A stretch of 64,000 nt of DNA, from the NCBI GenBank assembly GCA_002269645.1, contig NIVC01000186.1, forward strand, positions 372,001 through 436,000, read 5' to 3'. The position numbers were made by a program, and so were the translations under genes. A model generated the notes under the pieces. It saw only the letters and a list, made by a program, of their open reading frames with translations. It was not told the origin of the DNA and made no database searches. This stretch comes from Macrostomum lignano (lineage: Eukaryota). Positions within the stretch are counted from its first letter, which is position 1; the number at the start of each line of letters is the position of its first letter. Below are positions 1-12,780 of this stretch, piece after piece.

Positions 1-156
1 CAGTTCCTAATTTAGTTCTAATAGTTCCCAAACAACTGCCTACCATTACCCTTTCAAGTCAGTTTGAGTTTGATCTCCAATACTAAGCAGATAAAGCAAC
101 TGCTGAGATCAATGACATCTAACATCTACTATGCAATAGATTCTCTTTTATGTTTT

Positions 157-294
157 ACATGGTGGCTCTTTAATGTTAGACATGGTGGCTCTTTAATGTT
201 CGACATGGTGGCTCTTTAATGTTAGACATGGTGGCTCTTTAATGTTAGACATGATGGCTCTTTAATGTTTGACATGGTGGCTCTTGAATGTTTG
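157..294. repeat. 23-bp minisatellite (ACATGGTGGCTCTTTAATGTTAG), about 6 copies
   Basis: Direct tandem copies with a 23-bp period. Confidence 0.9.
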
Positions 295-2830
295 ATATTG
301 TGCATTTTTTGTGTTTAGCATTTTGTGTTTTTAAGGTTTTTAAATAAAAAATATTTTTGCACTACTAAGATTTGAACCTAGGTTGCTGCATTAGCAGTCC
401 AGTCTGTTCGCATCTATGCTATCTCTTGTCAATTGGAGAACTTGAATTGTGGCCCTTATAATTAAATTCTTATAGCAAATAGATTAGAGTAAAAAGTTAT
501 GACATAATCAATTTCTCAGTCAGCCAGTATCAGTGTCAATTTAAGTTAGCAATATTGTTACACAATTTAAATCAAGTTTTATGTGCATTTCTTTGGCATT
601 GGTTTCAACTGGTTGTGATGTAATCCTTATCCCAATTGGAATTCAGTTAGTCAGTTTTTTTCTCTAGTATTCTTACAATGCATTTCAGGTCGAAAGACTG
701 CTTGACCTTTGCAAAAAAGAATGTTTTTTGAATATTTAATCCCTTTAACATTGAGCAATTTCTTAGCCAAAATGCATGTACCGTGCCAGGAAAATTTCTG
801 ATCGAATGGTGCAAGTTTGAAGAAAATCGGTTGAGTCATTTTTTTCTGAAATCAATCGCATAGCTACATACATACAAACAACTCATTTTTAGTATATAGG
901 ATCTTATAGATTTACTCACTCCATTCCAAATTCCAACCATTTCTTTCTCCTTTAGGTAATAGCATTCTTTTCTGACCAACTTTGCCATCTATGGTCAAAT
1001 AGTTAATGCATTTGTAAGAACTATATGCACTAAATTGGATGTCATCATAACAAAGCTAAAGAAGCATTTAGAGAAGCAATTTTTGACTGATAGGGAACTT
1101 TGTTGCACTTTTGCAGCTTCTTGCAAAACATGATCCTACATGATACTATGTGCATAGACCATCAAATTACAAATACAGTGCCAATGAGTCATAAAATGAA
1201 TTAACTTTTATACATTTTTTCATGAATTTAGCCTATTTATGAATTTTAAAAGTAAGCAATAAATCTTATTTTCATCTTGGATAGAGTTTGGCTTAGTCCT
1301 AATGTTTTGTATCTATCTAGGTACATTGGATATTGTACTCAGTTGTCCAAAGCATTCTCTATTTAATATATTTGTAAGATATAGATAATAAATAATTATT
1401 GAGCAGATTACATCTAAGTTATTAAAGCCTTTTCTTTCTAAACAAAGGATGATTAAGTCTTGGTTTTTTTGCTAGTTCTAATTATAATGAAATCCTAAGG
1501 TTATCCTTTTCTGTGTTATACATATTAAATCTTGTGAATATCTCATACATTTTTGCTATGAGTTATCACAATTTATCACTGTTTACTGTATGTAATTTTT
1601 GTTTAACTGCCTAATATTTGGCTTGAGTGTATAAGAGTTATAACAATTTTTTATTTCTATAATTCTCTTCCAGTTATCAAAAATGAGCACATGGAATTTG
1701 TTCTGCCAGCAAAATATTTCAAAGGAGCAGCCACTTAAAGGTGTGAATATTAGATTAAAATTGGATTATTACTGTAATACTTGCCTTTGCACTTCACGCA
1801 ATACTGTTAACTCTCCTCTCCTCTCCTTTCTCCCTTCTCCCCTTCCCTCTACCCTCTCCTCTTGTCTCCTGAAGAGTTTACAATGATCCCAAATGAGTAT
1901 TACAATAATCCCAGTTAGGATTCCTAGTCACGCCTACAAGAATCTCCTGTCACATTTACTCAAAATCAAACTGTGTCAACAACACTGGAACTGTCTACTA
2001 GTTTTCTACTATTAATAGTTTTTTTGGCTATAAAGTTAACATACCAGGTATTTTCTTGCACTGTACACTTTGATTGACTGGGTGCTATTTCAATGCAGCT
2101 AAATTTGATTGATAAAGTCGGAATGTCTTGTCTACATGCCTACACAAAGATCTATTGAAGTCAAAGCGTTGCGCAACTTGCTCCCAGTTTTCTAACCTAG
2201 TCGCATGAAAGTTATGGTGCAATTTCAGTTCACTAGTTGTTGAAATTCTTATCAGCTAGCAAAGCTAGTTTGGATTTTATAGAACTCAGTCAAAATCCTG
2301 TCTTTCAAATATTTAATGCCTTAGCATTGAGGAATCTCTTAGAAAAAACTTCTGTACCATCTCAGGAAAATTTCTGATTGAATGGTGCAAGTTTTTGGAG
2401 AATCAGTTGAGCCGTTTTTTGTAATCGATTTTGGACAGACATGCAAAAATGCATTTATAGTATATTGTGTTGTTGGGATGGAGGATTAACCAATCAATAT
2501 TTCATACCCCTTAATAAGCAATTCAACAAATGCAACTTGATTGCATTTGCCGAGCAGGCTAATATGGACTGCACCATTTTTTTGTGTGGTAATATGCATT
2601 AGTACATTTTGGAGACTATTAACGCCAGTGGTTTCAGTGAAACCAATAACCATTATAACATAAGTCTTTCTATTTATATGCTTGTTTATTATTCTAAAGT
2701 TGAATATCCTGCTGTCTGCAGCTTTCTACTCATGTTTTCTTCCCATACATGTTTCTGTTAGATTATTGTGCTGTATTGTTATAATATTATACTATATTAC
2801 TTTGATGTGAGCTTCTATTATACATTGTAG

Positions 2831-3951
2831 GAATTCCTGCGCTACGTTTCATCACAACCAAATTCAAAAGTAGCAACGCTTCATAAAAAGGTTGCTACTC
2901 TCCTCCAGGCTAAGTTTAGTAAGTAAAATTAGACAAACTCAACGAGCTTCTGTATTTACTCTTAGTTTAACATTCAACAATTCGGAATCTTTGATTTCAG
3001 AAAGTAGTATGCTATTGTAATCATACGCTTCTATTAAAGTAATAGATAATTTAGTTACATGTATGATAAAATAGCTAATAAGTAAATCTGCCCAAAAGTA
3101 ATATTTGAGCCAATTTGGCCCAGGACCGGTTTCTGGCTGTACTTAATTGATAGTTGCACTTATAATAATATCCTATAACATAAAAACTGCCAAATCTATT
3201 GCTTTTTTTATAAATTTCCTATAAAACAATATTTACAGAAGAGTCTGGTGGTGAAGGCCAATTCCACTATGGTAAACCAAACGGAGAATGGACAAATTGG
3301 CCAGATAATGTTTGTAGAAATCAGCCACCAAACCACCTTAATAAGAAAGAACTAATGGCCCTGCTTAATAATGCACCAAATTTGCACTTCAGTATGACAG
3401 ATAACAAAAATGGCCAAGTATTAGCTTGCACGACTCTGGATATCAATGATGGAACTGCTGCCATGCTGCTCAGCTCAATTCCAGATATAGCTAGCAGCTC
3501 CGCTTCAGCTGTTGCGGTGCTTTGTCATTCAACTGCTAGCCAGAGCTCTGCTGATGTCCAAGTTCTGCATACTTTGCCTGCTAGTCAGAGCTCTGCCCAT
3601 GTCCAGGTTCTGCATACTTTGCCTGCTAGTCAGAGCACTGCCGACGTCCAGGTTCTGTGTACTTTGCCTGCTAGTCAGAGCTCTGCCCACGTCCAGGTTC
3701 TGCGTACTTTGCCTGCTAGTCAGAGCACTGCTGACGTCTAGGTTTTGCGTACTTTGCCTACTAGTCAGAGCACTGCCGATGTCCAGGTTTTGCATACTTT
3801 GCCTGCTAGTCAAAGCACTGCCGGCGTCCAGGTTCTGCATACTTTGCCTGCTAGCCAGAGCACTGCCGGCGTCCAGGTTCTGCGTACTTTTCCTCCCAAT
3901 CAGGACCATAGTTTTCCCGAGGACAATTTTTTCATCAAAGCACCCTATTAA
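2831..3951 (+). CDS. Putative 3' exons of an unknown gene (2831-2918, 3239-3951); terminal exon carries 15-aa repeats and an in-frame TAG at 3739-3741
   Basis: AG acceptors before 2831 and 3239 and a GTAAGT donor at 2919 are phase-compatible, giving EFLRYVSSQ...AKFKESGGEGQFHYGKPNGEWTNWPDNVC.... No family recognised. Confidence 0.45.
3535..3890 (+). repeat. 45-bp minisatellite (ASQSTADVQVLHTLP), about 8 copies
   Basis: Tandem 45-bp unit in frame with the upstream ORF. Confidence 0.9.
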
Positions 3952-5048
3952 AATCAAAAATGTATTTGTGCATGAATATCTAGTACACAATCTTAGAACT
4001 TAAAATGTGCTATCTGCGCTACTCAATACCTAGCCCCAGCTCTTATTTGCAAATAGCACACACTATTGTTTTTTACTATATATATTAATAGCTAGCCAGT
4101 CTTGCATTAAAATTACATCTTAAATACTTTATGAATTGTCTTATTATTTCTATCATTTTGGTGCCTTGACCAAATTTAGTGGTGTAATATAGGGCAATTA
4201 GTATGAAGAATAATTGCTCATATAGTAATAATTTTATCATCTAATTGATTTTTTATAGATCTGATATACTCATTTTTATATCTAAAAACTATGTGATCGT
4301 GTATGGTGACAATTAAAGTTGACATCTTTATCATAGTTTGAATCAAAGCTTTAGTCGATACGATTTGACCATGATTGACTGTCAACAATTGTTATATAAT
4401 GATCTATAGAAAAAATTCTGCGCCTCTGCTTTTTTGTACCTGATAAAATATACCCAAAAGCTGAATACTAATCAGTCCTTTAAAGAAAAATATTAATTGT
4501 CTCTATATGCATTCAGTTTGTTCCATGTGCATGACAAGAAACTTTGCTTGGTGTGTATGGCACTATGTAAAATGCAGGATATTTGACTGAAATTTTGTTT
4601 ATTATTTAATTCAGACATGGCACTATGCTACGACATTACGCCTAGATGTGATTTCCATGGGGCTACAGTAGACAGAGGGAGGGAAGTTTGTCCAATGCTT
4701 ATTGCTACGAGTACATTGTGACGTACATATACTGCATATATCATATACGAAGGGCACAAAATGTTTTGAAACTCGATCTGAAAGGAAGCTGATAAGGTTT
4801 TTTATCCACATGTAGATTTCTCAGCATTTTTAAATTCATTTCAATTTTCTTTTGAAAAAATCGCTTGTGAAATCTTGATAAGTAGCAGTGCTTCCTATGC
4901 CTCTGGAAGAACTGATATTGGGAATCCTTGAACTTGGTGGTCACAAAATCATCATTCAAAAAAAAACAATGGAATGTCATATCTAAAAGATTTGAACATC
5001 TAAACATGGCTGCCATTTTGGACCTGGGCTTTGAGATACTGTCACACC

Positions 5049-5258
5049 TAGGGATTCCAAAATCCCGACTTTTATAATCCCGGGATTGAATAGTCCCGAA
5101 ATCCCGATGCTGTTGAAATCCCAGGATTCAAAATCCTGGAATCCCGGTGCTTTTGCAATCCCCGGAATTAAAAATCCCAGGATTCAATTCCCAAAAAAAT
5201 CCCGGGATTCAAATCCCGGATTTTTTGCCCTAATCCCGGGATCCCAGGGATTAGGGTT
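5049..5258. repeat. Cluster of palindromic ATCCCGGGAT-type motifs; probable DNA-transposon subterminal region
   Basis: More than 10 degenerate AATCCC(G/A)GGAT motifs; no matching second terminus or TSD found. Confidence 0.45.
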
Positions 5259-5608
5259 AGAGTAGTAATAACATTTGTTAAATATTACATTTGTTAAACT
5301 GTTAAACACATTCAATTGCAGATTTTCCAAATAACCCTTGTATAATAGGAGAAACTAACTAAATATTTTCTTTAAATTTTTTTCTTCTTTGTATGAACTT
5401 GTGTTCTTAATGCTGTTTATCCATTGTGGTTGGAGGATTTAATCAATAAAACATTTTTTGTTTTTCATTATTTTGTTAAATAGGCCCTATATTTAAAAAA
5501 CCATTCATTATATACTTGGTTTCTCTTATTGTAGTCTATGCTTTAAGTTTTTATTACAAAGCAAAATTATTGGTCTAATCAATATTTAAATTTGTTATAT
5601 TTTATATA

Positions 5609-6045
5609 GTGGCATAGACAAAGGGGGATATGGGGATAGGCCTATATCCCCTCATGGGCCTAGTCGGCAAAGGCAGATTTAAGGGGGGGTGGCCCCTAAA
5701 TAGCTTGACAGATAATATTGTGCTGCTAAAAACCTAAGTCTATGCCTACAGCCTACTAAGCTTGATTTTTCGCCCCCTACATACTTTTTTGTACCGCTAA
5801 GCTGAATTTTTGTCTCCTATATCCAATGTTTGTACCCTTGCTTAAAAATTGGTGCTTCTTATACTTATGTTGGCACCCTAAACCTAAACTGCCCCTCCCC
5901 CCAAAAATGAAACTCTAGATCTACCACGGCTGGTCAGTATTCAATTTATAGCACTTAATTATCACTGTGAACTGCCTCTGAAGTAGTAGCAGCTACTCAT
6001 ATCCCTGCATCCCCCCTGTAAGAAATTCCTGGCTACACCCCTGCT
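5609..6045. mobile_element. Decayed, possibly nested MITE-like remnants
   Basis: Degenerate inverted ends (AGTGGCATAG... and ...CTACACCCCTG) and an inner pair (GGCAGATTTA and TAGATCTACC); poorly conserved. Confidence 0.3.
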
Positions 6046-6699
6046 TATACATATATATAATCATCATATCATGCAAATTATACAAACAAAATGAAAATGG
6101 CATAGGCCTATACAAACAAATGGCATATGGCTTTTACAGCGGTCCGTGTAAACACAGCAACGGACGCAACGGACCGCAACGGACCGCAACGGACCGCAAC
6201 GGACCTCAAGAAACTGCTACAGACTTAAACGAAGTAAAATCGTACCTACAAGTATAAGAAATTAGATTTTTGCCTAGCGTTAGCTGTTAGATCGTTTTTA
6301 TATTTATTGCTTTGGTACTTTTTCATTCTGCATGTATTTTAACGATTCAAAAACGAGAGGTAGCATAATAAAAGTCGTTAAAATTCTTTATATATTTTGT
6401 TTATAATACGTTATTGCAATTTTTAAAGAATGTTTTGGTCGAAATAATAAAAAATTATGAAACGTTTGTTTTAGTCCTAAAAACTCCAAGTCTAGCAATA
6501 AGGCGGAAAAATTGCTAAATCAAGGCACGAATTAATTTATTTGTTTGCTTACTCATTCATAATTCATGATTCCTTGTAAGACGAGGTTAGCAACGTGGTT
6601 CCGCCCGTCGAGCTGCTGCTTTCCTTGGCCAATCCGATCATTCCGGGTGGCGCCGGGGACCGTGAGGCACACTCCCATCGAGCCTCAGCCGTACCACAG

Positions 6700-8110
6700 A
6701 GCATGCTTCCGCGTGCTTCGGGTCGGGACACTGAACTGCCGCAGTCTCAAGGCCGCCTGTTGGAGAAGGCTGCTGGCGCAGCTAGCGCTCGACCTCAGAT
6801 GCGATGTCATCTTGCTGCAAGAGGTGTCCATCTGGGCCGACCCGGGAATTCACTGTGAGCACTGTGCGGCTCAACCCTCTGGTCGTCGGCGAGCCAACGA
6901 TCGTGGCCGTGGAGGAGTTGGAGCTCGATGATCGGACCGAAGCTGTAGCAGAGCTTTCGCTGCAACTCCCTGTCTGACCGCGGCTGCTTCGCGGCCGGAA
7001 CGCTCGCCTGTTCTGCGCGTATGCGCCTCTGCCACCCGACTAATTGACGAGGCTCAAGTCTTCTTCGAGCAGCTCTCGGCCTAGATGAAGGAGACGGCGC
7101 AGCGTGACGCGGTTTTGCGTAGGTCCAAGCGGTCGCTGTTTATGACACCGCACGAGAACGGCAACACCGGAGCGCTGGAGGATGTCCTGGAGACGCAGAA
7201 CATGGTGTTGCCAATACGGCCGCTGCCGTAAGCCACCCGGTAGGCTCGCGACCTTCGTGGTCTGCATGCGGCCGGAATGCAACGCGGAGGCAGGCACAGC
7301 TCGACCAAGTGCTTGTACTGTACGTTTTCGTGAGCGCCGCCGCGCCGTCAACTGCCGCCCCATCACGCCGCTGGCTCTGCGGTCCGACCACCGGCTCCTT
7401 GGTCTGCGACCTGCGTGTATGCGATCCGCTTTACCGTCCACGGCGCTACTACCGTGCACTCAAGGACAACCTAGGTGCGTCGCAATTTCGCTAGTGCCTT
7501 CGTCAGCGCGCTTGGTGCTTCAGGGAGATACGCTTGCGCCGTTCCTGTTCGACCTGGTGCTTTACTGGGTGAACTGCTCTCCTTCTAACGACGACGGCTT
7601 CCTGTTGCAGCGACGCGCAGGTTGACGCCAACCGGAAAGGCGGCTCTGATGATCTCGCCCTGCTGTTCTCGACCACCGAGGGCGCCCAACGCCTGCCGGA
7701 TGACATCGAGGCTGCAATTTTCAGCCGAAGCGCCGACGGACAGGTGACGAAGTTTCCGTGCTATCAGCAATTCGTCTACCTCGGCGGTCTGGTGCTTGAC
7801 GTTCGCGAGGACCTGCGACGTCGCCGTGGTCTTGCCTGGGCTGCCTCCGTTCCGTGAGGGTTGTCTTGCAGTCTGAGGCAATCGATCCCGACCGCCAGAG
7901 GGCGACGTTGTTCCAGGCGGTGATCGAGACCGTCCTGTTGTACAACGCCGAGACCTGAACGCTGACGGATTCGCTCGAACAGCTGGTCGAAGCGGCACAC
8001 GCTGGCCTGCTGCGCCGCCTTCAAGATCGGCTACGAGCGAGTCACCAATGCGGCACTCTACGAGCGTATCGCCGCACCTGCCTGTCCCATCCCAGAGAAC
8101 TGTTGCACCG
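6700..8110 (+). pseudogene. Degenerate RTE-clade-like non-LTR retrotransposon ORF (APE + RT fragments)
   Basis: VGTLNCRSL (6722) and LQE (6815) of APE; QGDTLAPFLF (7521) and DDLAL (7648) of RT; VLLYNAET* (7932, W to stop). Many frameshifts and deletions. Confidence 0.85.
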
Positions 8111-8334
8111 TCGGCGACTCCAGCTAGCTGGCTGAAGCTGCAGGCACCCTACCGGCGGGGGCAGGCGCGCACTCGGCGTTTCGTCGACTGCCTGCTGGCT
8201 GATGCTGGCGCCCCGGACACTGCCGGCGGTGTGGTCTACGTTCGCGCCCAGGCCTTGAAACGCGCCTTGTGACGTTGTCTGCTGACTGACTGACAACGTA
8301 TTTTGTTGTTGCTGTTGTTAGTCTTCACACCCGC

Positions 8335-9585
8335 CCTCCGGAGTTGCGACCGCGTCTTCTCTTGATCCTCGAATTGCGACATCCCTCTCATCATCAAGGA
8401 CGTCTCCCCCGGTCGACTGCATCAATCATCGAGGCTAAAAATCATCAACTGCAATCATCTACAAAGACTGCGACGACATCATCCCAAAGCCTACAGCTGC
8501 GAAGCACCAAAGCCGATTCGGTCACTGTGGATTACCTGGTCTCCGGCTGTTAATTTTCTGATTGGTTGGGTGAGAGGGAGGCTACCTAGACTTGCGTGAT
8601 CGGGTGATTCCTTAATTATCTGTCCCCTATTTCAGTAGTAGCTGGATCAAGTGCACACTTGCTCATTGTTCAGTAGTGCTGTGTAACTTGAGGCGAAATC
8701 ATTCAATAATACTGTTAGTAGTCTATACTCCGAATAAATCTGAACTAAGTGTGAAGTGTGAAGTAAGAAGGTTCAATCCGACAATTATTCGCCGATGGCT
8801 CAAATGAGGAGTTATTAAGCTACATGTATATGTAGTAGGCGCTGGTCACAGTGGACCAATGGCAAGCGCAGTTCTCAGTCAATAAATTTATCTATCAGTT
8901 AGCGAAATTGCCAATAGTGCAAAATCGGTGCAAGAGATGTACACTCTAAAATCGCCAAGCGGCTCGGATATAGTGAATCATGCGTTCTCTGAAGTTCGAG
9001 TTAGTCTATCATCAGGGCTACGAGAGGCTGGTTGGCGCGTTGAAGGCCAAAAGTACAATCTCTCTTATTTAGCAATGTAATAGTACATACAGTATGTAGC
9101 TACACCTTAGACTCGCCACCGCAAGAATCCCCTGCACAAGTCCCCTCTGTCCCAGCATGACCAATGCGATATATAGCTAGCAGTGTCCCTTATCATCGGC
9201 TATGACTTCGAGATTGACAGCAAAAAGACACTAGTTGGCAGGTAAGTGCAAGCCCCTTTTAGTCGGAATTGCCCGATTTCGAAAGTTCCGGTTTGGTGAG
9301 CTGGTGCGTATATACGGGCTGCTGGCAGCGGGTTAGTTAATCTGCGCGGATTTGCTTATCTCTAACCTTCAAAATTCTCCCTGCGCCTTGGGTCTCGATT
9401 GACTCGCTGTCCCTCTCTTACGTACGTAACTATATAGCACCCAGACTGCTCGACACAGACCAAAACTTCCTTTGGGGCTGACCATCTGACAGGAGTGAGG
9501 GGACGACAGGGCTCTAATTGATTCATTTCTGAGACCTGAGGCCCAATTGAGGCTTTTAACGCCGGAAAGGCCGAAACCCATCATA
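8335..9585 (+). repeat. Dispersed ~1.25-kb repeat, copy A (inverted relative to 11583-12780)
   Basis: Collinear, diverged reverse-complement match to 11583-12780, e.g. ATCATCGGCTATGACTTCGAGATTGACAGCAAAAAG. Confidence 0.85.
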
Positions 9586-10939
9586 AAATTAAAATTGGAC
9601 CGATTCAGCATGGTTAATCATACGAGCGAATGAATTTATTTACAAAGTTTTCGAAGTTAAATTAGTTTTGGCCTAAAAATACATGAGATTGAATAATTTA
9701 AACAAACCATTCAACCTAAGTTTGCGCGAATTGAAAATTCGTTGGCGATCAGTATTTATTACCGATAAGAATTTGTAGCTTAAGTACATGTATCAAGTGA
9801 AATAATGCGATATACATAAATGATTAAAAATCTATGAAACAGTCGATCCGGGTGCGACCATGCATGTACATGTACATGTACATGTATTTGCAATTTATCT
9901 GGACTGCATTCATAATTCTAAATTAATAATTCATAATTCAAAATAAATTCAATTGCATTCATGCAGTTAGCGCATACGATAGGATTTAGCAAAAACCTTA
10001 TATAGTCGAACCTTAACATCCAGTCTCTATTACATGTACTCGTATCACTCAAGGACAACTGAAGGAAGTTGTCCTTGGTATCACTCAGATTTTGGTCTGT
10101 TGCGGTCCCGTTGCGGTCCCGTTGCGGTCCGTTGCGGTCCCGTTACGGTCCATTGCGGTCCGTTGCGGTCCGTTGCGGTCCGTTGCGGTCCGTTGCGGTC
10201 CGTTGCGGTGTTTACACGGACCCTTTTACAGTAATGTAAAAGGGATCTAGGGGGTTAAGACAGCTACCCCAACATGACTAACCTAGCCTTGTTTTCGCTA
10301 TACTAAAATGGTTTATTCTATTCTTCTTAGGCCCTATCATATAGGGGTCAGAGTCAGACAAGCGACATTTAGTTGGGTGTAAATTATTGTGAATATTTTT
10401 GGGCGTGATTAGGCCTAGCGATTGTGATCTAATTTTTTTTAATTCGATAACAATTAGGCCTATTTGAATAAGTACACACAAAAACTAAACTAAACCAATA
10501 CTAGAATAAGATAGTTTGATATTGGCTATCGCCTATCGGGTTCAAATGTAGCCAGTTTTAACTATCTAGATCTGATTTTGAGATCAACTACACGCTAACT
10601 TGGGTTTTAAATTTATGTATAGTTGTCGTACAAAAAAGGCAAAATTATTTACGCGGTAGGTAACTGGTATGAAAAGTCACTTCTGGAAATAGCCAAATAC
10701 AAGTAATTAGCACTTGATTTTTTTAGTTTAGATTTTACAGAAATTTGTTTAAGTTTCACGAAGTTTTTATGTATCGAGAACTTTCTACATGTATTTCAAG
10801 CCAATCTTGGCTAAATTTTTACGTCTTATACACCCAAATTCCCGCGACACTAGTGTTGGAGGGGATCTTGTACCTAACATGCGAAAAAACACCTTGTAAA
10901 AATTTCAGCAATGACCGATAAAAAGAAGTCTCCTGGGTC

Positions 10940-11495
10940 GTTCTATACGATACATCTACTTTTTACCCCCCCTCACTTTCGTTATACGATCCCCGATAGC
11001 ATGAAACAATGCTCTCCATACTGTAAGGGGATCGTAAAACGAAAGTGAGGGGGGGTGTCAGGCGGGCATCGAACAGAGTCGTATTAACTATCTTTACTTC
11101 ATATACAATTAGTAGCCTACGATACCTAAATTTCACTTTTGATATACGATCCCCTGCAAACAAATTTCCGACTTGAGGGATCATATTACGAAATTGATGA
11201 AAAGCCTTAAGTTTCGTTATCCGATCCCTTTCCATACACTTCCTCCATTTAAATGATCGTATAACGAAAGTGAATATAGGAGGGCTCCTATACTACTCTT
11301 GCGAAGACTCTTGTCCAGGCTTTGTTTGATTGCCTTCAAAATAGACAGCTTTTGAAACTGCCTTAGTGCAGTGACTTTGACTCTTTGATGGATACGTTTC
11401 CAGTCCTTTGGTGTCTATATTCTTTCACTGCGTCTTTTACACGGGGATCGTATAACGAAAGTGATTAGGAATGGGGATCGTAAAACGAAAGAATG
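10940..11495. repeat. Foldback-like cluster of GGGGATCGTATAACGAAAGTGA motifs in both orientations
   Basis: At least 7 motif copies; reverse orientation near 10976, 11140 and 11215; forward near 11026, 11256, 11443 and 11474. Confidence 0.65.
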
Positions 11496-11582
11496 CCTAT
11501 TTTTTCCTCTCCCTGCCATTTTGCATAGCCATAGATCTAGCTAGGCGCTAGGCCCTAGGGCTAGGCTAGGGCTAGGTCTATG

Positions 11583-12780
11583 ACGGGTTTCGACCTTCCG
11601 GCCCCCTTGTGGGGAAGCCTTCGGGCCTCAGGTCTCAGAAATAAATCAATTAGAGTCCTGGCCCCCCACTCCTGTCAGATGGTCAGCCCCATGGTAGCTT
11701 GATCGTGTGGCGAGCAGCCTAGGTCCTATAGCTAAGAGAGGGACAGCGAGAGACGAGCAGGGAGAATTTTGAAAGTAGCTAATCCGCAGATCAACTAACT
11801 TGCTGCCACCAGCCCGTGCGCCCTGGCTCACCACACCGGGACTCTCGAAATCGGGCTTCCGACTAGAGGGGGCTTTGCACTTACCTGCCAACTAGTGCCT
11901 TTTTGCTGTCAATCTCGAAGTCATAGCCGATGATAAGGGACACCGCTGGGACTAGATCGCATTGGCCATGCAGGTACAGAGGGGACTTGTGCAGGGGATT
12001 CTTGCAGTGGCGAGACTATGGGGTAGCTACATGTACTATTACATTGCTAAATACGAAGATATGTACTTTTGGCCTTCAACGCGCCAACTAGCCTCTCATA
12101 GCGCTGATGACTAACTCGAACTTCAGAGACCTCGCATGATTCTTTACCCGAGCCGCTTGGCTAACCTAGAGTGCACAAAGTACATCTCGGCGCCAATTCT
12201 GCACTTCTGGCAGTTTCGCTAACTGATTTGATAGATTGATCGACTGAGAACTGCCTTGCCATTGGTCCACTGTGACCGGCGCCTACTAGCTTAGCTACTC
12301 ATCTGAGCCATCGGCGAACAAAGAAATAAAACCGATAAAAATAACTGTCAGGTTTAACCTTCTCCTCAGATCACTTCACACTTCAGATTGAATTGGAGTT
12401 TTAGACTACTAGCAGTATTATTGAATGACTTCTGCCTCAGCAACAGCACTACTGAACAAAGTGAGCAAAAGTGTGCGCCTAATCCAGCTACTGAAACAGG
12501 GGACAGATAAGGAATCACCCAATCAAGCAAGTCTAGGTAGCCTCTCACCCAACCAATCAGAAACTCAACAGCCGGAGACCAGGCAATCCACAGTGACCGA
12601 ATCGGCTTAGTGCTTCGCAGCTGTAGACTCGGGATGATGCTGACACAACCTTCGCAGATAGCTAGCAGGTGATGTCTTAACTTTGATGTTCGCTGCTGGT
12701 GACCGGGGGACTCGTCCTTGATGATAAGGGGGGAAGTCGCAATCTGGGGATCAAGAAACGACGGTCGCGCTCCGGGATGT
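11583..12780 (-). repeat. Dispersed ~1.2-kb repeat, copy B
   Basis: Reverse complement of 8335-9585 with many substitutions and indels. Confidence 0.85.

Larger units (their letters stand above)
6140..10223. mobile_element. Non-autonomous TIR DNA transposon with 8-9-bp TSD (Mutator/hAT/Merlin size class) carrying nested cargo
   Basis: TIRs (C/G)GGTCCGTGTAAACAC at 6140 and 10223. Subterminal GCAACGGACC 10-mers are inverted at the two ends. Flanking direct repeat TTTTACAG at 6132-6139 and 10224-10231 (9 bp if the preceding C is included). Confidence 0.85.

Noticed and set aside
781-2430. Short dispersed repeat CAGGAAAATTTCTGAT.GAATGGTGCAAG at about 787 and 2363
   Set aside because: Only about 60 bp; probably a TE end fragment, with no boundaries or TSD visible.
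4620-5016. hAT transposase remnant (FETRS..., MAAILD on the + strand)
   Set aside because: Motifs are too short and interrupted to support a call without a profile search.
9520-9590. Canonical hammerhead ribozyme
   Set aside because: No CUGANGA core and stem I does not pair; kept only as a low-confidence PLE-like hint.
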